Shown one piece after another: positions 1-13,195 of a stretch of 64,000 bases of DNA. The DNA is from Camelus dromedarius (taxonomy: Eukaryota). Where the stretch lies: contig NC_087437.1 in assembly GCF_036321535.1 (NCBI RefSeq), forward strand, positions 119,042,001 to 119,106,000, written 5' to 3'. Under the pieces are notes generated by a model. The model ran no database searches. It was not told the origin of the DNA and saw only the letters and a list, made by a program, of their open reading frames with translations. How positions within the stretch are numbered: position 1 is the first letter of the stretch; every line of letters begins with the position of its first letter. The position numbers and the translations under genes are program-made.

Positions 1-351
1 TCCAAAGTCCCTCCTGGCACATAATGAGTCTGATCAGATAAAGAAGGTCGCGGGCGGTTGGCCCTCCAGACCACCGGATGGTCCCGTGATGCGGGACAGA
101 CTCGCCAAGACTCTGGAGGAAGCTTCACCAGAGACCCCTGTTGACTGCTGTCCCCCTTCTCTCTCCAGCTTGTTCACTATGTCATCACTAAGCCCCAGCC
201 CTGAGATGGGCTCACAGTTCTGAAGGCACGAGCCTGCTGTGAGTCCCCTTCGCCCGGCAAGGTAATAAAGCTGCCTCTTTTATTCTAAGCTCCAAGACCT
301 TGTCTCTGGGTTGTTTGGCTGGTCAGGGATGGGGGTGATATTTCGGCAACA
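1..351 (+). mobile_element. 3' part of an ERV LTR, truncated by the window edge
   Basis: AATAAA at 264-269, a U5-like tail ending ...ttcggcaaCA, then an abrupt switch to L1-like sequence. No primer-binding site follows. Confidence 0.65.
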
Positions 352-620
352 CCTTGATAACTGTCGCTTTATAATACACCTTGAGGCCAGGCAGTGCAAA
401 GCCTCCAGCCCTTCTTCTGCTTCAGAGCCGTTCTGACTGCTCTAAGTCCTTTGCATTTTCATATGAATTTTAGATTTGGCCTGTCAATTTCTACAAAAAA
501 AATAAATAAGCCCACTGACATTTTGACGGGGAATGCATTGATTGTATAGATCAATTTGAATGCAATTATTTTGTAGATAAACAAATATAAAATTAATTCC
601 TCCTGTCTATGCATAAGTGC
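352..620 (-). mobile_element. Old L1 ORF2 fragment
   Basis: Typical antisense L1 text (tttgcattttcatatgaattttag...gtcaatttctac...gaatgcattgattgtatagatcaatttg). Confidence 0.7.
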
Positions 621-699
621 TTAGAAATATATAATTTCAATTGTTTGAAATACACAATTTCAAATGTACAATTTTTCAAAAATAAGAAGTCTTTTATTC

Positions 700-2245
700 T
701 TGAAAAAAATGTCCTGATTTGGACAATAAATTTTATGACGACTGGCTCTGAGTCTGATGTGACCGTGGAAGGATCAGGCTGCCACTTCCTGAATCCAGTG
801 ATCCGGCTTAACTTCAGCAAAACTGGGACAAGACGTTCTGTGCTTTTCATGTGACACCAGCATCTGTGAAATACCGCCAGAAACTTGAGCCTGAGTTCAG
901 TTAAGTTTATAGAACCAACTTCCGTTTACAGGAAACATGAAGGCAAAAGGAAGAAGTTAAATGACACAAGAAGGAAGGAAACAGGTAATTCCCGAACACA
1001 GGACACTCTACAGGTCAATCCACCTGTTTTTGTTTTTGTTTTTGTTTTTAAGTGATTGGGAGAGTCTCTCTAGATTAAGAGACCTAAGAGATCTTTCAAC
1101 CTAGAATTCCAACAAACTGGAAAAGGGTACTTTAAAAACAAGTGGGGAAATTTGAATATGGACCAATTTTTAGATAACACCCAGGAATTAGTGTTAATTT
1201 TGTTAGAGGTGGAAATGTAAGAAGGAAGCAACTTTGTATTCTACTGTAAGTTAATCACTAAAGGGATGTTGCTTCTAAGCTTAGACTGAACCCTGTCTCC
1301 CAGGCAATGAGCCTTCAGCTGCGACACCTCTGTCTAGCTCACAGGAAATGTCCTGACCACACCCACCTGTGAAGGGCCGCAGAAAAGAAGAAATTGGCGC
1401 ATCCCCTCTGGAGTCTGGCTGGAAGCAGGACTTTGCCCCCTTCCCTTTGAGCATAAAAGAAGCTTGAACTTTAACTTGGGAAGATGGTTCTTTGGGACAC
1501 TAGTCCACAATCTTCTCGCTCTGCTGGCTGTCTGAATAAAGCCACTATTCCTTGCCCCAACAGCTCGTCTCTTGATTTACTGTCCTGTCGGGCAGGAAGC
1601 AGACGAGCTCAGACTTGGGAACAGTAATGGCTTTGCGGTTGTGTAAGGAAACGTTCATGATATTTTGCGTTGCTGTGAACAGAACACTGAATTATGTAGG
1701 GGGTGAAATGACATGATGTCTGGGATTTGCTTTAAAATACTCCATTGGAGAAAAGAATAAAGAAAAAAGACGGCTTTATTCAATGTGGCAGAATCTTGAT
1801 AATCGTTGAAACTGGAAAACAGGGCTTCGCATGTTGAAGTTACTATTCCCTCTACTTTTGAATAGATTTGAAATTTCTTAAAAAAAAAAAAACTAAAGAA
1901 GGGTTGAGTAGGGGGTGCATAAAAGATTTTTAGGGCAGTGGGTTACTCTGTACCGGACCGTAATGGTGGATGGAGGTCATTACCCATTTGTCCAAACCCA
2001 CAGAACGCGCAGCACAGGAAGTGACCCTAACATGCACCGTGGACTCTGGGTGATGGTGACATTCCATGCAGGTTCATGGACTGTGATGAACGTACCCCGC
2101 TGGTTGGGATGTGGGTAACGGGGGAGGCTGTGCACTGGTGGGGGCAGAGGGGGCACAGGAAATCTCTGTACCTCCCCTTTAATTTTGCTGTGAACCTAAA
2201 ACTGCTCTAAAAAGTAAAGTCTATCTAAAAACACAAATAAATAGA
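700..2245 (+). mobile_element. Old L1 (L1MC/ME-like) 3' UTR fragments, interrupted by an LTR
   Basis: Motifs such as ggggaaatttgaatatggac, gatgtctgggatttgctttaaaatactcca and ttttgctgtgaacctaaaactgctctaaaa. The L1 text resumes across the LTR at 1216-1623. Confidence 0.7.
1216..1623 (+). mobile_element. Solo ERV1 LTR (MER41-like)
   Basis: TG...CA termini, TATA-like cataaaa, AATAAA near 1535. The 3' half aligns by eye with the LTR at 30059-30546. Confidence 0.75.
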
Positions 2246-3206
2246 TGAACAAACAGGCATGGGCAGGTGATCAGTTCTGGCCCATGAGACATACAGAGAG
2301 ACCTACCAGCGTCTTCTGGGAGAATATTTTTCTCATGAAAAGGAACATGTGAGGGAGACTTCCCTTTCCACTCTGAATATGATCGTCTGCATCTGATGCT
2401 GAGAAAGGTGGCAGCTGTCTTGCCATTGGGAGAGGGGGACCCCATTAAAAGCGCCAGACCACCGGCAGGGATGGTGGGGCCGAGCCGGGGAGACCCTGGT
2501 CCTCGTGCACACTGCTGGGCTGCGAAGTGACCGCCCTGCCGCGGGCAGAGCTCCGTGAGACACGGTTTTTCCTGCTTGTGTAAACAACACCTTTTCCCTT
2601 TAAAGCTACTTCTGGCTGGGTTTTCTTATTGACACGCCACCTCTTTGGGCAATTAACAAATCCAGCGTCTACGCGGATCTTCGGGGGTCTTCTTCCAACT
2701 TTGTTGTAAATGACTAAAGTTCTTCTTATCATCCTTCCAGCTCCTCTGAGATGTTGGACATATATTCATCCAATCGGCATCATTTAAACTTATTTATTCA
2801 AATCTACATCCAAAGGCCTAAGGCCAGTGGCCAGATGGATCAGTAACAGCCGCGGCCCCCATCCCACCCCCACCCCAGCACACACTTGAGGAGGAGGGGA
2901 AGTGAGCACAGGACGTGAGCACCGAGAACCACGGAAACTGACTGCAGGGCTCAGAGCCTCACGGAAGGCTTCCTGGAGGAGGTGGCCTACAGACTGAGCT
3001 GGTTGTGCTTCACCCAGTAGAGTTAAGAATGAAGGTGGGTGTTGAAAGCTCCCAAGGTAACTGAGGCGAAACAAAGGCCTAAAGGAAGAAAATCCAGTTT
3101 CCTTCAGGGCATCTTGGCCCAAGTACAGATTGCAACGAGGGAAGTCTGGAAATAGAGGCTCAGATTGTGGAGAGTCTTGTAGGCCTGCATAAAGAGATGT
3201 TTGGTC

Positions 3207-3298
3207 TTTTTTTTTTTTCTTAATTGAAGTATGGCTGATTTACAATGTTGCGTTAGTTTCTGGTGTGCAGCATAGTGATTCAGCTAGATATGTATATG
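3207..3298 (-). mobile_element. Short L1 3'-end fragment (artiodactyl type)
   Basis: polyT followed by aattgaagtatggctgatttacaatgttg...gcatagtgattcag, the reverse complement of the L1 3' ends at ~8520-8580 and ~22020-22090. Confidence 0.75.
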
Positions 3299-6200
3299 TT
3301 TGGTCTTTATTTGCCAGATGGGGAAAAAATCACGTGATGATCAACAATTTCTAGCCCTTCACTTTAGGAATAACACAAGGCTTATTATAAGTGGTTTGCC
3401 CACAGGCCTCCCAGGCCTGGACTGCTGGCTTGCCCTTCGGGCCCTGACTCAACCTCCAGGAGGCAGGGGCCACCTCTCAGTGGGGGTGGAGGTGACACTT
3501 CCCAAAACCCAGAGCTGAGGTTGGGGATAGGATGCTGTCCAGAGGGAAATGACAATTCTCATCTTTCGGTGACAGACAACTGAGGTCCCCTTTACCTTCT
3601 GTAAATGGAGATAATCCACAACTTAAATAGGGATTTAAAAGGTTGAATAATTAGATTTTTTTAAAATCTAGTAGACAGTAATAACTCAGTAAACAATAAT
3701 TATTCTTACAGCAAGATCCAATCAACATATCAAAGTAGACCCAAAAGGTCACTCTTTCTGGGGGGAGGACTAGCCACTCACTTATTAAATCCAATTAAAA
3801 TATCACCCCCTCCCCATTCTCCACTCTCTCCCAATTGAGCCTCTGCGGAAAACATCCATTCACCCCCTGGCTCACCAGCTAAAGGCAGGCCGTTTAAGGG
3901 CCATTTTATAATTTAGTGTAATTAACTCACTATTTCAACTCTGGGCATTAAACGTGCCCCAAGGAGCAAACGTCATTGGAAAAGCAATGAGGCTGAAGGG
4001 ACACAAGCCCGGGGTGCTGGCCGGGCCCAAGCTCCCTGGAGGGGAGGGCAGGACCCCGTCTGGGGTGGGGGAAGCTCTGGGGCTGCGCCTAGTCACCAGC
4101 CCCTGAGGACTGGGGCCCCAGCCTTGAAGAAGGCTGTCACGGGCATGCAGACCCTTCAAAACCACAGTCGATCTCAAAACAAGAAGTTCAAAGTGACTGT
4201 GCTGTCCTGCAGGGGGTCTGGTTGTGTCTGACAGTCTTCCACAAGGGGCTCTGAGTGTCACGTCATCTGACCATGTGACGGCAGGGGCCCCAGTTCACAT
4301 GTTCTGGGACTCGGGATGTAAACAGATTCCTGGAGTCCTCCAGGCTCGGGGGCGCAGGAGCCATCACACCCACGAGGGGGCCTGGGATGGAAGGGGGAGG
4401 ATTACAAGCAGGTCATGTTAGCGGCTGGAAAGCTGGCTCCTCATTGTTTCTGCGGGTGATTCTCAAGCGATTTGGCAACAACTGACATAGCTCTTTCTAA
4501 TGCCACTTGGGGCGGGAGTCTGGATGGGAGAGTTCTGGATCAAAGATAGATTTCCGGGTGTAGGTAGGGTGTTTGATAAACACGAAGGATGAGTGTATGT
4601 CTGCATAAGTGATGAATAATTCAACAACGGGAGGGAGGGAGGAAGGAGGTTCAGTTGCCTGTAAAGTCAACCTGGACTGAGCGCCTCTCTTCCAGGCACA
4701 GACTGAGTGCGAGAAACCTGCTCTTAAGTAACTGCCTGCTACTGGAAGAGAAGGAAAAATTGTGCAAATGAATGTCATGCAAGGAAAGGATTGTGAGTGC
4801 CCCAGGAGGCAGCAGAGACAGGGCTGTGCCCCTCAAAAGGAACACCATGTGGTGTTTTGTACTCTGCACATGAGTACGGCCGTGCAACCCTCCCAACACC
4901 CAGAGCAGGTAAGCACCTGCTTTAGAGATGAGGACGCAGGTGAGGGAGGCCAGGACACGCGCCCAAAGTCCCGCAGTGCCTACCTGGCCCCCAGCCCCCC
5001 ACGCTCCCCCCAGTCTGCATCCTTCCCACCGCACCCTGCGCCCCTGTGGGACAGGGAGGGGACCTGGCGGGGCCGGCACATGCTGGGTGGCAGAGTCTGT
5101 TTCCTCCGCCAAGTTGGTCCCTGCTAATGGAAGAAGTAGATTGCAGTCTGGGCTTGAGGATGAGAAGGATTCACCCAGCGGTTAACAGCTTGTCCCCAGA
5201 GGCTTAAGGACATTGAAGTCTGCCAAGTACCAGGAGCCGAACTGCCCCGCGGGCCATCGCATGTGTGATGTGAACGGTTTCCCATGTGCTGTGCGGGGAC
5301 GGGGAGCTTCCGCAGTGTTTCCTGTTTCTCTTCTCCCATTTTCCTTAAAGCTGACGGTGGCCAGTGGGAGGAGGGCAGCCCTACATCCAGGTGGCTAATT
5401 CTGGAGGCCTAAGAAGTGAACCAACCGGGCAGGAAACCACAGAGGTGGTGCCCAGGGCAACAGAAGGAAATTGAACACCAGCCAAGTGCTTGGCCCAGAT
5501 GAGCAGAAGGGAAAACACAGTGGGTCCTTTCCAGTTACTCTCACTGTCAGGTAGGATGCACTGGGCCGCAAGTAACAGAGTGACCCATAAACAGGGTGGG
5601 GGGTGTCTTCCTCCCATGACAAGGAGGCTGCAGATGTGTCCTTGCTAGAAGTTCCTGGGGTTCACCTAGTCGGGGCCGTGACCTCCGCCATCCTCGGCTC
5701 TGCAAGGGTGATATTGAGTTACCTCGGGCCGAAAGGGAGGCTGGCGCAGTGAGTGTTTAGCGCTCCGTCCCCCGGGGTGGAGGCTGGCAAGGCAGGAGAG
5801 TGTTAGGGTGGGTGCTGGGTGAGCAGCCCACAGCCACGGGGTGCACGCCTGGGGCCCAGGCACGCAGCTTCTGCGGCCCCCAGCCCACCTGGGGCGCGGG
5901 AGGGCAGGCACAACTTCATGAACCGCTGCCTCCCCGCCTCTCCGTCTGCATGTTACTCACGCTGGTGCCTGCCCACGCCCGCCTGGGCTGGAGGCACTGC
6001 TGCTGGCTTCCTCCCTGGAGCACAGCCAGCCTGAATTATTTATGAGCCTAATGTGCACACTGACGGGTTCTGACGGAGGCCACTGAGGGAGCAGCCTGTC
6101 TGTAACCCCACACCCAAGCACGGGGTGATAAGGTCCCGGGGGAGGGCCACAGGCCTCCTCTGCAGAGGAAGAGAAGGGAGGAGGAGGGAACGAACCTCCG

Positions 6201-7989
6201 GGGCAGCAGAGGAGGCCAGCAGCTCCTGCTTCCCATCATGTCCAGGTGCCTGAGGGCGACTCCGGTGACTGGGAGGTGAGGGCTGGTAGGGGCTGGGGTC
6301 CCCAGCACACAGCCCAGGCCTGGAGGGTAGGGCACCAGAGCCCAGACCCGGCTTATGTCCCAGCTCTGCCTGTTCCCAGGCAGAACAAGGAACTTAACCT
6401 CTCTATTCCTCCTCTTCCCCTCTGACCAGTGCGGTTGCTGTGGCGATTAAATGCCTCAATCCCTGTGCGGTGGATTGTTTGGAAAAACAGCTGCAATTGT
6501 TCCCCTGAATCCGCGCCCCTCTGCAGCCCCTCATCCCCAGGTCAAATCTGTTCCACGTGCCTGGAACCTGGCTGGACCTGTGACTCACGCCAGCCAATAG
6601 AAGGCCATGCAGGTGGTGCCATGCTTCTGAGCGCTGCAGCTTCTGCTGGTGGATGCAAATGACAGAGCCCAGAGGAGGGCTGTGTAACGGCCCGGCCACC
6701 AGGTGCCAGAGGCCAGAGGCCATTTACCTCTTCCCACGTAGGAATGTCCCTGGAAAGGGAGGCAGGCTCTTCAGAAACTTGAGGGATAATGTCCTGTCTG
6801 CCAAGGCGGAATCTTCCATGGGGACTGACTTCTGGGTCAGCAGGGGTTTGGGGGGGCGGCTCCTTCCCCACAGGGGTCCCGGGGCTCCTACGTGGCCCCG
6901 TAGGAGATTCTGGTGTAGCCCGCTCACCTTGGCTGGACTAGCAGGACCTACAGAGGCCGGAAGGAGCCCCTCCCTCCCCAGGGAAGGCGGCAGCGGGCCT
7001 GGGAAGGTGCGGGGACAGCGCCGAGACTGCCTGACTCTCCACCGGCTGTCTTCACAGAAGGGCTGGATGGGAGGGTTTCCAGGGCTGTTTCCTTGGTGGT
7101 TTTTAGGTTATTCCCACTCTTTGCACAAGAGATGCTTTTTTCCCCCTCTTTTTTGTAGCCGAGGGTCTACACTTTCCTTTGGGTGTCCCGTGACCCGGTA
7201 TGAGTACGTGGGGAGGGGGGAGCCGCCTAGAGGTCAGAAGCCCCCACGTCCTCACCGCACGGGCTCCATGTTCTAGCTCTGCGGCGGCTCCCTGGCCGGG
7301 AGCTTGTGCCTCTGGTTTGGGGCCACCAGACAGCCCTATTTTGTTCTCTCACACAGCAGCCAGAATGCTGAAGCAAAGACGCAGCTCCACAAAGCTCCCT
7401 CATTCCATTTCCTATTGGTCTTTAAATTTTAAAAACAGGCCCTTGAATCAAACATACATAGGAGTATTTCCGGGCCATCTGGGTCAGCCGGGAGAGCCCA
7501 AGGTGAAATGCCTGCGTCTGCCCCCCTGGACTCAGCCCCCTGCACCCAGCGGGGTCCTGGGGTCCTGCCATTTCTCCGGCGTTCTGCAGAGAACGCTCCA
7601 GAACCGCCAGGAAGCCAGCGGTGCTTTTGTTCTGTCTGTAGCTCTTCCCTGTAGGTCCGAGAAGGCAGGTTACGTCTTCGGTTTTCATCGTGGTTGCACG
7701 TGCATTTGGTGCTGCCTCCTGCGACGGCCTGGGCAAGAAGCAGGTGCTCAGCAAAGGTGGCGAGTAACTGAAGAGACCCCAGAGCAGCCAAGTCCCCAGG
7801 ATGGCTCGTTCAGCCCAGGTGGCCGAGCCCGACCCAGACTCGGCTGCGAGCCCACAGCCAGGGCCAAGCTACTCAGCCAACGTCTGCGTCGGTTTCCTCG
7901 TCTGTAAAACAGAGTAGAAACACCTTCTCCACATGGCAAACGCTGCCTAAGCGCTATTTAAAACATAAATACATAGGGCATAAATGCAG

Positions 7990-8622
7990 TAGAAATTCTA
8001 CTTCAAAAAGCTGCATGCACCCCAATGTTCATCACACTGTTTACAATACCTGAGACATGAAAGCCCCCTAAACGTCCATCAGCAGAGGACTGGATAAAGA
8101 AGCTGTGGTATGTGTATGCAATGGGATACTACTCAACCACAAAAAAGAATGAAATAATGTCATTTGCAGCAACATGGATGTACCTGGAGATTATCATAGT
8201 AAGTGAAGTAAGCCAGAAAGAGAAAGAAAAATACCATATGGTATCACTCACATGTGGAATCTAAAAAAAGACACAAATGAACTTGTTTACAAAACAAAAA
8301 ACAGACTAACAGACATAGAAAACACACTTATGGTTACAGCTGGGGGGAAGAGGATGGGGAGGGATAAGTTAGGAGTTTGATATTTGCAGATATGAATACA
8401 TATAAAATAGATGGACAAGTTTCTACTGTGCAGCACAGGGAACTATATTCAATATCTTGTAGTAACTTACGGTGAAAAAGGTTATGAAAACGAATATATG
8501 AATGTTCAGGTCCGACTGAAGCAGTGTGCTGTGCACCAGAACTTGACACAACATTGTAAAATAGCTATACTTCAATAAAAACATATATACAAGTTTAAAA
8601 ATGAAACATAAAATAAAATAAA
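7990..8622 (+). mobile_element. 5'-truncated L1 3' end
   Basis: Canonical 3' UTR motifs (catttgcagcaacatggatg, aagtgaagtaagccagaaagag, acattgtaaaatagctatacttcaataaaa) and an A-rich tail. Confidence 0.9.
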
Positions 8623-10578
8623 GAAGCACACGGAGAAGGCACAAAACCCTCCCGCCGCTGAGCTGGAGTGAGGCGGACCCTGGCTCTGGCCCAGGACCTC
8701 GCTGTGGGCGCTGGCTCCCCCAGGTCAAATTTAGACTCCCAGGCCCGAGGCGTCCATCACCAGGACTTGCAGAACCAGAAGAGCCAGTTCCTGGTGCGGC
8801 ACAAATGCTGAGCTGAAAGGAGGGAGAGGAAGGGGAAAGGTATGTGAGGAGCCCAGGGCAGCCTGAGGAGGCGAGGGTCCCGACCTGTGCCTTTCCCACG
8901 GCGCCCGGGGGCCCAGAGGGAGGCCAGGGTCCCTCCCAGGGGTCTCTGCTCTCAGACTCAGGGTCCAGTGCAAGGTGGGCGGCTGACTATCCCCGAGGGG
9001 CACCTGCACACACCCCGCTTCCTTGTGGACCCCCCACCGGAGAGATGGGGGCCCCGCCTAGGCGCCTGGTTCTCCCCTCCATTTGTGACGGCACCAGGCT
9101 GAGACAGGAGCTTTCCTGCCCGTCTCTCTCCCTTCACCCTCTCTCTCCTCGAAACCTCCCCCCAAGAGCAGCTGGAGAACTCTCTGGAACATGGGTCAGA
9201 TCCCATAGCCCCCGCATCCCTGTTCAGGCTCGTCATATGGGTCTCAAGCCGGGGCGGGCCCCAGCCTCGTCCCACATCACTCTGTCCCCACCTCCCGGCC
9301 GGGGACCCTCAGACGTCAGGGCATCTCACACCTCCAAGCCTTTGCCCTTGCAGCTCCCCTGGCCAGGGGGGCCCTTCTGCAGGCGTCCACCCGGCAAACT
9401 CCCAGCACTGGCGTCCCAGCGAGGCGTCTTCTGGGAACTCGATAGTCATGCCGGTCACTCGCTCCCACCCTGTTCTGTGTCCACAGCTGTCTATGTAACT
9501 GCACCCTGACCCTAGCTTAGAAAACGACCTGCTTGCATGCCTAGATCCCAGACTCCGAGCTCCTGCGAGCAGAAAACTCCCCATGATGCTCGTATCCGCC
9601 ACTCAGGCCTGCTCAGAAGCTCAGGCCTCCTCTGATGTGGGCAACTCGCCCACACTGCTGGAGAGGTGGGCTCTGGGCTCCGACTCCCTGGGCCCAAATT
9701 CCAGCTTCTCCGACAAGCTGGGGCAGGTTAGTTTACCTCTCAGAGCCTCTGATTCCTTATCTGCAAAATGGGTCTAAGCTCTGACGCAGAAATTAAGATG
9801 ATCCCGGCCCAGACACACCCACAAGAGACTGGGGCATAAATCAGAAATCTGCTTCTAGAATGAGAAAAACAAGCGTCCAGCAGCCCAGGGGGGAACCCCC
9901 ACGCTGCCTTGTCAGTCAGGCAGGGCACCCGAGGCCGAGTTGTCAGAAGAAAGCAGGGAGCCCCCCTGGCAGAGAGGGCAAGGCAGGGGGCAGCTGGGCT
10001 GCGCGTTCCCACAGTGGAGGCCCCCGGTGGGCTCGCAGGGCCCTGCCCGGCCAGCGCTTCCTTTCTCTTGCCTCCGCACCTGGGGGTGACCAGGCCTGCC
10101 CTCCAGACAGCAACGACCTTCTTTTGGATGTGCTGACACCTGCTGTCTGGCACATCCAGGCTGCCTAGGAGGCGGGAGCTGTCCTGTGTGAGGGAGCGCG
10201 ACCTCTGCCCACACAGGTGTGGGGTTTGTAGTTTGACCATCCGCAGGTGACATTAGTCTCTGTTCTCCTTCTTGGTGGCTCAGGCTGGGGTGGGAAGGAC
10301 ACCTCCTGGCACTCCCTTGGCCCCTGTGCTGTTCTCAGAAGGCATCCAGTTCTCTCAGTGGACTGGGTAAAACACTGGGTCCACTGGAGAAGGGTGAAAA
10401 CCGGAAACCACGCTCACTGGGCTGCTCACCTGAGCACAGACCACATCCCGCAGGATGGACATCCTGCGTCCGTCAGGGGTGTGGCCCCGCTCACTCCGTC
10501 TGTCCCTGAGGGCTCTGGAAGTGCCCTGCCTCTAAGATTTTACTGGCACTTCCCATGGTCTTCAAAAATGTGCTTTTT

Positions 10579-10907
10579 TTTAAAATTGAAGTGGAGGCAG
10601 TTTACCACGTTGTTGTAACTTCTGGTGTGCGGCATGGTGTTTCAGTTACACATAAGTATATTCCTATAGGCCATTACGAGCTCTTGCCTGTAGCCCCCTG
10701 TGCTGTACAGTAGGACCTTGTTGTTTATCTATTTTATATGTGGTAGTTAGTACCTGTAAATCCTGAACTCCCAGTTTATCCCTCCCTACTCCTTTCCCCC
10801 CGGTAAGCATAAGTTTACTGTTGTTTTCTATGTCTGTGTCTGTCTCTATTTTGTAAATAAGTTTATTTGTGTCCTTTTTTTTTTTTAAGATTCCACATAT
10901 AAGTGGG
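10579..10907 (-). mobile_element. 5'-truncated L1 with a 13-bp target-site duplication
   Basis: Antisense L1 3' end flanked by aaatgtgcttttt at 10566-10578 and 10908-10920. Confidence 0.88.
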
Positions 10908-13082
10908 AAATGTGCTTTTTAACGAGTGCATAATATTCCCCCTGTGGTGCACTATCATTTATTTCCTCGGTCCTTGGTTTGGAAGTATCTGGCTAGTTTC
11001 CAAAAATCTGTGTTATACATACTGCTGTAATAAGTGTCTTTGTTCACTAACTTTGATCTCTGCTTCCTTACGATAGTTTTCTAGAAATGAAATCTCTAGG
11101 TCAGAGAGTAGGAACACTTTGTAAAGCTCTTCCTACATATTTCAAAATTGCTTTCCAAACAGCTTTACAATTTACACTTCAGCACCAACCTCAATGTGCA
11201 GACATGCCTGCCTGCCCCACCCTGGACTTCACCTGAACGGGTGAGTCACTGGTTCAAAAATGCATGCTGGTTTGGTGGCTGATTCTTCATTGTTTTGATT
11301 TGCATTTCTTTGTTAGTGCAATTGAGGGTTTTTTTAAAGTAGTTTATTGAAAAATTTAATTTATATAGCATAGTGCTTTGGGCTTCAGAGTCCAAGATAG
11401 GCTCAAATCCTGGCTCTGTCAATTAGAACCTGGAGACTTAGGGGCAATTCCATAGCCCCTCTAAGCCTCCATGTTTATCGGTAAACAGGCTCAAATAAAG
11501 ACACGTATGTAAATAGCTCAGCTTTGCCTCTGGAACCCAAATGCTCCGTGAACATCACCCTTACCAGGTCTTAGACCTTAATATTCTAGGCTGAAATTGC
11601 ATGCTTTTTGACTGTTTTTCTAGTGGACTACATTTTTCATATTAACTTATAAAAAGCTTTTCTGTATGTGAAGGAGCTCAACACTTTGCCCATATTTATG
11701 CTGTATTTTTGCGACATTAACCATTCATTTTTGCTCGCATTGCTCATCCCAGGAGATTTTTATCTTAGACAAACATGCTGATGTCTTCATTTATGATTCC
11801 TTCCATTAATTTTAAGCCAACCATTCCTTTCCAGAACTGAGGTCAATTAAACATTTTTCTCTCCAACTTAAAAAAAAAAACCATTTTGATACTTTTGTTT
11901 ATCTCTTACATCCACAGACAATTTTGGTTCACATTGTCAGAGGGGATCTCATCTACCCCTTTTACAACATCATTTGGAGAATAATTCTTTGTGGATTTAA
12001 AAGCAGAAGGTGACATGATTTGATTTTTTTTGTTTTTACAGTCCTTAAAAAAATTTTTTTTGATATGTTTTTAAATAGCTTGTTGGCTCCAGTGTGGTAG
12101 GAAAGACAAGGGCAGTAGCCAAAACAGCCAGTGTGTGTTTAGTGCTCTCTGTGTACAGAGCTCACTCAGAACCTCCCAGTGAGTAAACCGGGATGGAAGC
12201 TTGAGGATCTGAGCCCGGGATGGAGCCGGGATGAAGGAGGGGTCAGAGCTGAGGGGATCAGTTCATCCAAAGCAATGGTCCAGATAGAGATGGTGGGGCC
12301 CACCTGGACAGGAGCAAGGAGAGGACAGGAGTGGAGGGGAGAGGGCGGATTGGTGATGTATTTAAGAGACAAGTCTGGGATTTGACAACCAACCACCTAT
12401 TGGGGTCCCATAGGGCTGGGGGAGGGAGGGACGGAGCCCCATCTCTGCGCGCAGCAAGCCAGGCCCTCGGAGAAGACTGCGCATTTCCACAGAAGCACCC
12501 CCTTCCTCTCACCTCCCCGAGCCCCTGTGCTGGGGCTGTGCAGCAAGAACCGTGTGATCTGCATTCTGTCCACGGGGCTCAGACTCGGTTGGCCTCGATG
12601 TCTGCCAGGAAGAGCCCTCCTTTCTCTTTCATCAAAACCCCCCCGACCTCTCCCTTCCTCTTCTCTCCAGGGGAAGCCTCGCTCTGGCCTTGGACTCCTG
12701 CGGAGGGAGGGGTGGCACGCCTGGTCCTACCGGGGCCTTCCCTTCACTTCCCAGGTAGCCCGGGTTCCCCAAGCACGAAGGCCCCTGTCTGGGCTTCCTT
12801 CGAGGTGGCCTGAGGGGGACCTAGAGCTCCTGTAGCCGACCAGCCCCTCGAGCAGGGGTGAGCCATGGCCAGGCCAGTCATGCACGGGTGTGACCTCAGG
12901 CCGCACCCTGAAGCCTCTCAGCAGACAGTGAGTCCACGGTTCTGAGACTTGCAGCAGCTCTTGGGCTGAGGACGAACCTCAGACGTGGCACAGTCGTGAC
13001 CGCTGTCACCCCACCTTTCGGCCAGAGCCGGGTCTCAGGACCCAAAGGCAAATCAGAAATCTCCCACATTCGGGGGGGCCGT

Positions 13083-13195
13083 GGGGAGGGTACAGCTCAG
13101 CTGTAGAGCGCATGCCTAGCAGGAATGCGGTCCTGGGTTCACCCCCCAGTGCCTCCTCTATAAACAAATAAATCTAATTACCTGCCCCCCGAAGA
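13083..13195 (+). mobile_element. tRNA-derived SINE (camelid Vic-1-like)
   Basis: ggggagggtacagctcagctgtagagcgcatgcctagc...gtcctgggttcaccccccagtgcctcc with A- and B-box-like motifs, then taaataaatctaattacc-like tail. Confidence 0.85.

Noticed and set aside
11200..11218. p53/p63 half-site AGACATGCCT (RIPK4 is a known p63 target)
   Set aside because: Only one good half-site with no correctly spaced partner, in old repeat-like sequence far from the gene.
13083..13160. tRNA-like sequence
   Set aside because: It is a SINE head. Multiple diverged copies share the same tail and no intact cloverleaf is evident.
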